64,000 bases of DNA, taken from Amoeboaphelidium protococcarum X5 (lineage: Eukaryota; Fungi; Aphelidiomycota). The stretch's first letter is position 1; every line of letters begins with the position of its first letter. The position numbers and the translations under genes are program-made. Below the pieces are notes generated by a model. That model ran no database searches. It worked only from the letters and a program-made list of their open reading frames with translations, and was not told where the DNA came from. Positions 27,201 to 38,021 of the stretch are shown piece by piece. The stretch spans positions 186,001-250,000 of the forward strand of contig JALDTO010000057.1 of the NCBI GenBank assembly GCA_023515725.1, given 5' to 3'.

Positions 27201-27808
27201 GCTATGTCTTCAAAATGCCCATCTCTGTGCATCTTCTCGAAAGTTTTGAAACCTTTGTGACCAAATTTACAATGAAGATCCAGTGCAGAGAGCTTGGGGG
27301 ACACGTTATTTAGCTTGAGAGCAGCTGTTGAGACAGATTCGCTCTTAGACACTTGACAGTCTATGACATACAGCCTGCTTGGAGTGAGGAATCCAGATCC
27401 AACAGGTTTACCATTCTTTTTAATCTTGACCTTTCTGTCTCCATACGATATCTCATACCCTTCGAGATCAAGCAGTAAGACAGGAAACAGATTATAGCCA
27501 AAGTTAGGAGAGTAAAACACGTTTTCTATCTCCATATGATGAGGGACACCATCATAAAATAGAGAGCAAACCAACTTTCCTTTACCAGTTATGAGTATCT
27601 TCTAACCATCATCAGCTGTACTACAAAACGCTTCATATGGTTCGAAGTCTTACAACCAATCCTTCCTATTCACAACACATGCAGTCGCTCCACCATCACT
27701 GATCATGATATCTCGGTTAGACATGCCTGGAACAATTTAGGAAGTATTCTCCATCAAAGAAGATAAGATAATAGGATTAGAAACCTGTATATTTGTACCA
27801 CTCGCAAG
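24281..27808 (-). CDS. Copia Pol (protease, integrase, reverse transcriptase, RNase H)
   Basis: Protease ISDGGAT; integrase HCKFGH...CPDC, LHMD, VVDDFSG, IRSDRGGEF, TPQLNGVAERANR; RT ETFAPVA, QMDFSTAFLNG, GLKQAPRCW, LYVDDI; RNase H YVDADY, STEAEY, EDNQ, RTKHIEVRFHF, ADILTK. All track fragments are in one frame. Confidence 0.95.
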
Positions 27809-28807
27809 TCATTCTTGCTTGACGCGTTTATCTCTACCGCGGATACTGTCAAACCAGGATGGGCGCCTCGCTTTGTTCTTCTCTAAATTCCAGCACTCAT
27901 CTTCTACATGATTGCCATATCTCTTACAGTTAGAGCAGAACACCTCATTATCCTTGCGAGATCTCTTTTCACCTGACTTTCCATCACGCGTCATTAATGC
28001 TTTGATACTGCCAGTTAGTTCACCCAATCCTTTGCTGAACATCGCGACCAAGTCACTTTGAACTGAATGAGGTACAGAATTAACTACTTCGACCGATTAA
28101 GTCGCAACAGCTTCTTCACCTCTCTCACTTGACTCCTTGTCCTGTTGTTCGCTCACCTCAAAATTCGTTAACAGCTTCTTCAATCTCTTACAGGTCAGTC
28201 TCTTCTTCGTATTTAAGGCATAATAAGTCCTCACGGATTTCACTAACTCGCCATATCTCTACTTTGGCAGCTTGTTTAAACACTTCAGAGCCAAAGATTC
28301 TGAGGTTATACTCTTGTCGCCGCACTCTCTCAGATCTCTCTGCAGATCCTCCATCTTGAGAACAAATGTTATAGCACTAACCGTATCAAACTGCAGATTG
28401 TTAATTTTAGCGTTGAGTAAGTTAATGTTCTCAATTGACTTTTGATTAAACAGATTTTTGATGACTTTGATACATTTATAAGCAAACTTCTAACTAGAGA
28501 TGTGGATCTTCAGATCCTCCTTCACAGTTGATTGGATAATCCCAACGGCTTTACTGTTCATGATCAGGAGTTAATTCTGCAGCTTAGCCACACGAGATTG
28601 GCGTTTTTACTTCACTTCGGCGAGTTCTAACTCTTTAAGATACAGATGAGACAGTGATGGTAAATTCTAAATTTTCTTGTAGAATTCCCTCTCCACTGCT
28701 GCATCACACTCTTCTTTACGCAGTAGCATCATAACGTACCGCAACCAAGAGCGGAAATTGGAGCCATTGAACAATACGCGCATAGTATCCGTATCAGACA
28801 TTACCAT
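27809..28807 (-). CDS. Copia Gag ending in a single TGA in frame with Pol
   Basis: ATG 28807, FNGSNFRSW, zinc knuckle CSNCKRYGNHVEDEC, TGA at 27811-27809. Confidence 0.9.
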
Positions 28808-28810
28808 TGG

Positions 28811-28820
28811 TGAGAATAAA
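28811..28820 (-). promoter_or_regulatory. Primer-binding-site position, TTTATTCTCA, complementary to the element's own LTR
   Basis: Abuts the 5' LTR, lacks TGG, and is the exact reverse complement of sense-strand TGAGAATAAA at 28879-28870. Confidence 0.6.
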
Positions 28821-28974
28821 TGTTAAGATGAAACCAAAAAGGTAAATTATATCTTTCGATAATACTGACTTTATTCTCAATTGAGATGAAAATATTTTTC
28901 ACACTTCAACCTAAGCCACTCGGATCAGTGACCCCTGAACCGACAACCGAAGCTCTGGAACACCAACCTTCACA
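28821..28974 (-). repeat. 5' LTR (154 bp)
   Basis: Identical to 24116-24269 and flanked by TSD GTATT. Confidence 0.97.
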
Positions 28975-29660
28975 GTATTTTCTGTGGCCTTTAAAACTTT
29001 CATTTTCAACAGTTTCCCTTGCCGACACTTGCTTAGTTTGGCAATAATTTTGTGACAAGCATGCATCTGCAATATTTACACTTTAGAGTATTTACTGAGC
29101 GTCGCTGATGTTTTAAACTGTCGGAACATAAAAAGAAGAGAAGAGATATGCTTTATAAGTGTCATACCATAATAATGGTGGTGGTTTGTCCTTTAAAGGT
29201 ACGGTAATATACGATGCGTTAATATGGTTTGATTGAAAGTGCGGCAAACTTATAAATGGCCACGTTCGCGTAAAGTGTCACCCAACTCTAAGCGCTTTTT
29301 CTGTCGAGCTTAATGGAAGCACATTACATCTTCCCTGACGTCATAATTTGTTAAAGTGGGGCCCGAATGGCCATCTCGAAGTTTTAAGGTCGAATGATGT
29401 TTGGTGTAACGTCAGGCGTCGAATGTGACTGGCGTATGATCTTAGTCAGTCGTTACATGATGTGACCTTAAAAAGTCATTTGTCAACGCTCTTTGGTTAA
29501 TTTTTGGTCATACGTTGCATTGCTGGCGTTACTTGATCATCTTATGTTACAGCATGTCAGCAGGCTGGTAAGACATGACATGGAATGTGTTCGATATCGT
29601 ATTTCTCTTTCTATTCAAACATCTAATAATAATCGAATCGCTCTTATACATAGAATTAAG

Positions 29661-30773
29661 ATGTAATTATACAAGTATTTAGAATAAATTTTGCTGCTAG
29701 TCGCCACAATGTCAACTGTCTCTGTCATGGCTTAAGACGAAGCTCAATTTGCTTAGCGCGTGCTCGACCTGTGCAATGAGCGGCGCGTGTCTAATGGCAT
29801 CCCTCCTCTCTGTCTCAACGACAAGCTAAACTCTGCTGCTGATACTTATGCTTCCGTGATGTCGTCTACTGGTCATTATGACCACACTGGCCTTGATGGA
29901 AGCACCATTTCCAGCAGAATATCTGGCGCTGGTTTCCAATGGAATGCTATCGCAGAAAACATCCATAAAGCCCAAAAGACCCCAGAAGACGTGTTCAATG
30001 ACTGGATCAAATCTCCAGGTCATAGAAAGAACATTGATAGTGCCAATTACAAGTACATGGGCTTTGGCTATTGCTCTGGTTTTTGGGTGCAAGTATTCGC
30101 GTCATGCCCTGGTGAGCAAGAATAGTGCTCAAGTGGATACGCTTCATCGCAGTCTGCTCCGTCTGGTGATGCACCTTCTGAGGAATCAGTACCATCTGGC
30201 AATGCTCCAGCTTATGAAGCTCCTGCTGAATAAGCACCAGCACCAGAACCACGTGCATGGAATGCTCCTGCATATGAAGCTCCTGCTTAAGAAGCGCCTG
30301 TCGCCAATGAACCTTCGTACGAGGCTCCTGTTCAGGACACCCCTTCGCCAAATGCTCCTGCTTACTAGGAACCTACCACAAACGCTCCTGCGTAAACTCC
30401 TCAATCTCCAACACCTTCTCCATCTGCCTAGCCTGCTCAGCCCAATTCATCAGCTGCTCTTCAGTCTAATCCTTCTCCCCCTCCGACAATGTTTAAGCCG
30501 GCTTCGGATTCTAATGTCGTCGAGTCTCATAGCTCTTATATAAACTCTTTGCTCTCTGGAGCGATGGACAGGTATAGAATCAAGAACCCATTGGCTGGTG
30601 CTTAAGCATCTGCATCCGCATCTGGATAGTCCCCTAAATCTACTGCTCCATAGTAAAAGTCTATTTCTCAGGGATCAGGTTAAGTCAGTTCTCTTTTGGA
30701 TTGTGATAAACGAAAAGGCACTGGTAAGGGTGGTATTCCATTCATGAGCGGTCTCGGCAACTTGCTGGGTTGA
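29661..30773 (+). CDS. Secreted CAP/SCP protein 3 with Pro/Ala/Gln-rich linker
   Basis: Signal peptide, NERRVSNGIPPLCLNDKL, HYDHTG, AENI, WIKSPGHRKNI and FWVQVF; linker with NAPAYEAPA repeats. 371 codons. Confidence 0.92.
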
Positions 30774-31348
30774 ATTTATTTGGTCTGATTTAAAATGATT
30801 TTCACTGCGTGAATTTAAATTATGATAGTCATGAAGATACTGTATGGTATTAAGAATTAAATTTCATGATGTTTTACAACTACTAAGACTGTAATTTTTA
30901 TATCGATAACCAATCCTGTTGGTGCATGAAAATGCACCGTAGTCGCATTGTATAAAACTTTTCAACACCTAGACGTTTCAACCAAGATCGCCGTTTAATC
31001 AGTTGTTACACGTCCTTTACATCAATTCCACGAACATAAGACAATGCTTAACAGAATGGCTGTTGTGATTAGCAATCTTAATCTGCTAAAACCATGGTTA
31101 AACTCGTTCATCGCACCAAGCTAGTCCTTTTAACCCGCTTCATGCAACCAGAACTGTTTGTTTCGCTCTATATTTTTAGCTCTTGACTATGCCTTGGATA
31201 CCAAATCAAATCACAGTCAAACTGATTGATTACCACCATTCTCTGCCTGCGCTTCTTAATAAACACTGCTTTGTTTTCTTATAATAATAAATTCGATTAT
31301 AATCTATATATCTGCTGTGTACTCCGAGACAATACATCTCTGCGAAGA

Positions 31349-33937
31349 ATGTTTCTATTTAGCAGTAAGCCTAAGATATAAGTGCCAGAGATTGTTCAAT
31401 AAGCTGCTTCCGCCGAAGATTTGAGTAAGGTGAAGCAAGACTAGGATTTGGATATGGAGAGATCTGCCAGTGAGTCGTCACTAGATTCAACGTCCTCAAA
31501 TGAAGATGCTGTGGATGCTGGCGATGGTAAGCCGAAATAGATAAAACAAGAGTTTCCCATTTAATATCTGGAGGAAGAGATCCTGAAGAGCATCGTTGAC
31601 GGAGATTCGGATAGATTCCACGCTCTGGCATAGAAATGTAAAAGCTCTCTACTTCTGCAAGCGATATTGGCATACTCTCATTAGAACAACTAGCCAAAGG
31701 AGGATCTATCGCTGTCATCATTCGCGGCGCAACAATAATAGTCCAAACAGGGTCAGTCGTAGCTGTAACGATCGTCGTCAAAGGATGAAGACAGACATGC
31801 AAAGACTCAGAGAAGGCTCTCACTGTCTCCAACTAAGACTAATGCTTAAAACTTACTTCCTAGTGGCGGTGGTTAGACTGCAGCATCTGCTGCTTCCGGG
31901 AGCGGACTTACTAGTAATTGGCGACACTCGTTTATCATGCCTGATGTTTAGTACTTTTAGTTTGATTAGGATTTGCAAGAGATTGGGGCACAATTGCTTG
32001 GCACATCACTCTCTCCACTCTCATTCCTTCACATTGCTTTGATCACAGGCGAGTAGTAGGTGTCTTTGGATATTCTTGAATTTGTGTATAAACACACTGC
32101 CAAGCGAGGATAGAAGCTTCTGTTGATGGAGTTCTTGAACCGCGTTTGGGGTGATGGTAACTCGGCTTTGCATCTGGCTAGTTTTCAAGGTATGAGTGAT
32201 GTGGCGGATAGACTGTTGAAATGCGGCGCTAATCCACACAAGAAGAACGATAGAGGTTATCGACCTGTGGACTGCGCGGATGATGACCAGACTAGAAAGT
32301 TGTTCAGAGTCGCTATAGAGATGATGCGACTCTCTGGTAATGAGTCTGCTCTCAAACGCCAAGGATCAATTATGACCAGGACGGGAGGCCATAGTTAGCC
32401 TGTGGTTGAGAGAAAAGAATCTGCACCTGCTGTCGTACAGAATGCTGCCAAAACTCTTTCCATTGCTGGCGGTAAAGTATTGGATCGAATTAAGGAGTCT
32501 GATGTTGCATTGGATGCAGATTCTCCCGCTATGGATAATTATAGACGTTCATAATCTACGCCTGCAATTCCTGTAAGTTAGGTTGCTCAAAAGAGTCCCC
32601 AGGGATTATCGTCACAGGAAATAAGCACAGAATAGAATTCAGGTGGCAAGAAATAGACCGGCAAGACAAGAAAGTCTTTGAATTGGAATCAGAACGCTCT
32701 CCTTCTAGACTATAGCAAAAATGGTGAATACGAGCAAGTTGAAAAGCTTCTCAGCCAGTTCACCGTTGTCAAGTAAAATTATGGATCTTCAGTCATGGAT
32801 GGTCTTCAGTTTGAGTAGAATCACAACAAAATTGATGATAAACTGTATATTAATCGCCCAAATGGATAAGGATTGACAGCACTGCATTATGCGTGCGCAT
32901 ATGGACACTCTAATATCTGCGATTTATTACTTAGTCATGGTGCACTACCTAATGCTAAAGATCGCGAAGGCTTTACTCCATTGCACGCTTTGGTGACTGA
33001 GGTTCCGCTGCAGATTAGTCCAACGGCAGATAAGAGTAAAATTGCTCCATCCGTTTTGGCCAAGTCTGAGAGAAGGCCTTAGTTTTTGGCACTATTGAAG
33101 AGAATAGTAGCTATGGATGTTATAAATTTAGCTGCTCTCACCGAGGATGGAGATTGCGTACTGGATCTAGTGCGGGAGGATGTTGACGGCAATATTGATA
33201 GTGAAGTGGCAGACATTTTGGAGTAGACTGCCAAGGTTCGTGGAATCGATTTTGATAATTTGTCTATCAGCAATTCTGAAGTCAACTCACCAACTGCTTC
33301 ATCTAATAAGGGATCCCAGACTCTGAATAATCAGCAGTCAGCGGGTTCTCATGCAGCATCAAAGCAGATGAGCCCCATCGTGGAAGTGAAGGTTAGCCCG
33401 CTCTCATAAGCAGTGTAAGGCTTACCTGCGTCATTAGGTAAAGAGCAGTCAGGTGCTAGATAATCTACTTAGCAAGACCAAGGTTACGCTATGAAGGATA
33501 GTTTCAACAAGTTTGGTGCCTCAGCATAAGAAGGTATTAAGCTGAATCTGCCGCGTAAAGAGTCAGCCCCTGCCGTCTCTTAAAGCTATTCATCCAGTCA
33601 CGTAACTTAACATGGGAATGCTGCTAATGTTCAAGCTTAGAAAAATGCGGGTGGGATCAATGCACAATTGAAGTCTTCAGTATAACAAGGCGCTCAAGTG
33701 TAAAATAGCGCGTAGTTGGATAATAGTGCCACACTTGACAAACTGGCTGCAGCTGATTCGTCTTAGTCTAAAGTCTCGGGTATTGTTAAAAGTGCTGCTA
33801 CTGACGGTGCATCTGTAGCAACACAATTTGCCAACTCAACTTCCTTATCTAGAAATGGTACCACTGGTGGGCGGGGCCCTGGCCGATTCACGACGAAAAT
33901 GATGTTTGACGCACCGTACAGTGCTTCTAAGAAATGA
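31349..33937 (+). CDS. Ankyrin-repeat protein, possible PP1 regulatory subunit
   Basis: GNSALHLA, GYRPVD, GLTALHYAC and GFTPLH ankyrin repeats. RKSLNW (RVxF-like) precedes the second ankyrin block. 863 codons. Confidence 0.8.
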
Positions 33938-34174
33938 AGTAAATAGATTTGATATAATATTTTATCTCTTCTATTCTACTCAAATTTTTTTATATTCAAA
34001 CACATACAGTGTTAGATGTGATAGGCATGCAAGTTGTTGCATCAGTCAGGCTCCAGTCACGTAACTTTTGCATAAATTTCAGGAGTAATACGACATGATT
34101 GATATGATCTCCTTAAAATCACAATTACCCATTCACTTCTCGAAATTAGAATCGCCAATAGGAAATTAAGGCAT

Positions 34175-35284
34175 ATGATGTAAGGAACAATACTGCTCTT
34201 CCTTATAACGGTGCTGTGTGTGCCAATATTTGGTGCTCCCACGATCTAGATGCTGAAAAGCAGTCAGTGGATCACGCCGAATGTTGTCTATCAAGGTCTT
34301 CACGCGAAAGCTTCTACTGCTTTCCTCATGATGCCCAGAGCAGTCATAGATTCTATTATAGAGAATATATAATAAAAGGCAAAGAATGAGGCGGAAGCTT
34401 TGACTTTTACTCCAACTTGGGCCTTAAAAAAGTATTTTGGTATTGGAATGACACGTAAGATACCATTTTTGATTGAGCGCTTTAATCTGGCGCTTGAATA
34501 GTCTACGGGAAAATATCTCCATCGTGGAGTATTGGTGAATGGTGATCTGTATAAAGACAGGTCGTTGTATGTTGTTCCTGGCACATTTGCTGTCCATCAG
34601 GTTGATTTCATTGAATCTGATGAAGTTGGAGATTAGCTGTTTGTGGTGGATGATTTTTACCAGCGGTTTTCGCCGCAATTCACTGCATTGACTGAGTCAG
34701 AGTAAAGATTATTTTCTGAGCAATTGGATGAGCAATTCGCAGCCGCATCCACTGCTGAGTATTATATATTCATGATCAAGTTTAAATTGGCTCCTAGCAT
34801 GACGAGAGTGGCATTTGACAACGTGAATCTGGTCTTGTATCCAAAGTTTGAAAAGTCTTCCTCCGTGTATCAGAAGTACATCGTTGCGCAGCGTAATTCT
34901 GTGAAGAGTAGAGCGATGGAGGTAAGGCTAGGCTCGTCAATGAAGCATAAGACGTAAGGAGTTTTCGACGCGATTGTCAGTGATGCCAATGCTGTCGGTC
35001 AGTTTTGCCGTCTATTCTGGACGCAGGCTGAAGAAGGTTAGCGGCTAGTTAAGCGATGCGGTGATGAGTTGAAAAGATGGGAGAATGTTCCAGTAGATAA
35101 GAATTATGCAGGAGCACGCGACAACGCAGGCTCAAGTGAAGGATTTACAACTTAAGGTCTGGTAGACGAGGATGATGTTGGTAATCACACTGAAGAATTG
35201 GACGTTGATTACGCGTCTGATTTTGAAAATCCAATGCGACCTCCCACTGTAGTTGGCGCTGAATTTGCGCATTATGACAACTGA
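34175..35284 (+). CDS. Hypothetical secreted protein
   Basis: Signal peptide MMQGTILLFLITVLCVPIFG, 370-codon TGA-free frame, acidic tail. Confidence 0.65.
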
Positions 35285-35924
35285 TTTTGATATAAATGGG
35301 ATTTTTCGGATAATAATTTTATATTTTGTGTATACATTATTAAATTGTCAAAGAAAGTAAGACAAGTAAAATCAGAGTTTTCGACTCGATCACATTGAAA
35401 GTCGTTAAACATCTTCCAGTATTTGATCAATTAATTATGGATGAGGATGGATCCTGAAATGCAGGCTGATAGTCAAAATTAGGACACAAGGCGGCTGGCT
35501 GAACAGTTGCCATCATGTCTCATTATTCTCTTTATCCCCTTTTGGGCCTACGTGCACGGCGATAAGGTTTTGTGTGCAGAGATCAGCGTCTTGACAGCGA
35601 AATGATAACGAGCAGACGGCGACGACAATACTTTCGAGGGGAACATTAAACAATATCATATAATAATGACAGAGAACGACAAGAGTAGAAGTTTTAGGGA
35701 TTTGGCGCATCAACTCTGCATGGTTATATCTGTACAAGTGTATATCATCATGGTAACGAATATAGAGCCACAACATCAAACTTTCCAACCATGTAAATTA
35801 ATAGCCATGTTTGCTAGTACATTGCGTATGTGGTGAATGACTCTGATGCGACTTAACGGAGTGAAAAGATAGCAAAATTCTAATAAAATTTCATTTCATT
35901 ATTTCATTCATCGTTTCAACCAAA

Positions 35925-36687
35925 ATGACAGCGGTACAATTACACTATTTACATAGCAAAGATCACAAAGCAACGCGGCGAGCTATGCTGATACCACGTT
36001 TTTTCAACCCGCTACGTCCAGGCTGTTTAGGAGCAGTTTATTTAGGAGCATTAGCTTATTTTACAGGCTTTGCAGCTGTTTTAGCTCCATCGGTACTTTT
36101 TTTGGCTGCAGACGTTTGAGGCGAAGATTGCTAAACTTTCGCAGGTGCAGGCTTAGGGGCAATTCCAGCCTAGCTCTTTATCTCAGCGTTATGTTTTTAC
36201 TGAGCCAACTAGCCTGGACTCGGACCTCGAGGCTGAGCTTGTTTTGCAGCAGCAGCAATACCTTCCATTTACTTATCATGACGCTATTGATCCAGTTATC
36301 CTGGACTTGGACCCTGAGGCTGAGCTTGCTTTGCAGCAGCAGCAATACCTTCCATTTACTTATCATGACGCTATTGATCCAGTTATCCTGGACTTGGACC
36401 TTGAGGCTGAGCTTGCTTTGCAGCCGCCATCATGTTGTCCATCTCTTTATCAAAACGCTATTGCTCCAGTTGACCCGGACTAGGACCCTGAGGTTGATTT
36501 GCACCCGCTAGTAAAGCGTTAATTTCTTAATCAAAGCGCTATTATTCCACTTAACCTGGCGATAGCTGGCAAATCACAGACTGAACAAAGATATATAAGG
36601 CAGCTGATTTCAGATTCGCCATACTATCAATTATGTTTGAAAAGATTACTCAAGAAAAGGCTATTGAAGAAAAGAAGATTGCAATGA
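35925..36687 (+). pseudogene. Repeat-containing ORF with apparent frameshift in a T6 run
   Basis: The ATG 35925 frame stops at 36119. Removing one T at 35999-36004 joins it to a long Gln-rich frame that carries the 29-aa repeats and ends at TGA 36687. Confidence 0.4.
36214..36500 (+). repeat. 87-bp tandem repeat, about 3.3 units
   Basis: Units start at 36214, 36301, 36388 and 36475 (partial) and encode LDLDPEAELALQQQQYLPFTYHDAIDPVI. Confidence 0.9.
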
Positions 36688-37041
36688 CCGTACCGTGAAT
36701 TTATAGTTTAGATGCATCTTCGATGGGCTTGTGTTCGCTCAAGCGATTAACACAACGGTGACACTAATTCCACTACAGCCTTTAAAATAGATCAAGTGAT
36801 TACATACAACGAATGGAAATCAATCTAGGCGGATACAGATTTAATAAGTGTTAATCGAGTACCACTTGATGATAAACCCGCACTACCATGTGCCATGAAT
36901 AAGATCGGCAAGGCACTGACGGTTTTATCATCTCAGGCGATAAGCCACACAGACAATCAATCAATCATTCGAAAACAAACTTTCGACATTAATTATAACA
37001 AGCAAAAATAATAATACTACTTAAACACAATATAATACAAT

Positions 37042-37407
37042 TCAATATTTCATCTTTCTAATCAGGCCATCCTTTTTCGCAATCTCCTAAGCCAATATCA
37101 GGTTATCAGTCTTGTACGCAGCAATCAGATCCTTTTCAACTTTTTGTTTCAACTGGAACATTTTCAGTTGCTACTTCAAGTCCTCTGGTAAAACAGAGCA
37201 TTCATCAATATCATTCTTGTTACGAATATCCTTATTCTTATTATCCGCGGCTTTTTAATTGGACGAGTTCTCAATGACTTAATAATTAGAAGTGATAATC
37301 AAAGACTTTAATCCCTCATCACTGGAATGTAAATCAGATTCTGATTGCCCATACTGCAGAACAGTGGTAAAGGATTCGTCACTAGTCGACTAATTTAATA
37401 TGGACAT
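37042..37407 (-). CDS. Small hypothetical protein
   Basis: 122-codon ATG-TGA frame with a helical C-terminus and no recognisable motif. Confidence 0.4.
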
Positions 37408-37591
37408 TTTAATTATACTCTGTAAAAATTGCAATTCTCTATTTTGTTATACAATTGCGTTATGGACGGCAACCCCTTAGTAATTAAGATGTATTGAAAC
37501 AAAAGATAAAAAGAAAGGGTGTCGCTACTGATCGTTTAATGCTGATTGCGACGTCGCTCTAATGAGCAACAAGTCGCAATTCTGATCATCA

Positions 37592-37850
37592 AACAACGAC
37601 ATAATTCACATGTGCGGATTTCGACATAAATTACACTGGTATTTTGACGCGATAGTCTATAACTGGCAAGCAAAGAAACTTGCCGCGCTATATCATGATA
37701 AATTGCGTTCATCAGATTGCCACACATCATCAATAGCTTTTACATCCATGACTTATTGTTTTAGGTTGCAAAAAGGTCTTTAGTATGAGTTGTAGATTTC
37801 AGTTGCTGCCGAGACTTTCAGAACATCGCTACCTCCAGAAAGACCGCTCC
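37592..37850. repeat. Dispersed non-coding repeat, copy A (homologous to 42565-42830)
   Basis: Colinear shared blocks including an identical TTGCGTTCATCAGATTGC, AAACTTGCC, TGACGCGA and TGCAAAAAGG. Confidence 0.75.
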
Positions 37851-38021
37851 GTATACATCGGGAACTTATTAGGAGGTTGATCTCGCTTGACCTTAACCGA
37901 TTTTCTTGATTAAAGGAGCGCGCGACCATCGAATTGAGCATTAAATTCAGCAGCACTTCCATTTAGCATCTAGTAAAGCATTCTAATTCAATACTCAAGA
38001 CTGATAATACTAATAATAACA

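Larger units (their letters stand above)
24116..28974 (-). mobile_element. Full-length Ty1/copia LTR retrotransposon
   Basis: Two identical 154-bp LTRs with TG...CA ends. 5-bp TSD GTATT at 24111-24115 and 28975-28979. Domain order Gag-PR-IN-RT-RNase H. Confidence 0.97.

Noticed and set aside
36214-36500. CRISPR-like array
   Set aside because: The units are contiguous 87-bp in-frame repeats without unique spacers, in a eukaryotic context.
37600-37725. Hammerhead ribozyme or C/D snoRNA suggested by minus-strand CTGATGA...CGAAA in both repeat copies
   Set aside because: I could not build a closing stem II pair, a stem III/NUH site or a conserved terminal D box in both copies.
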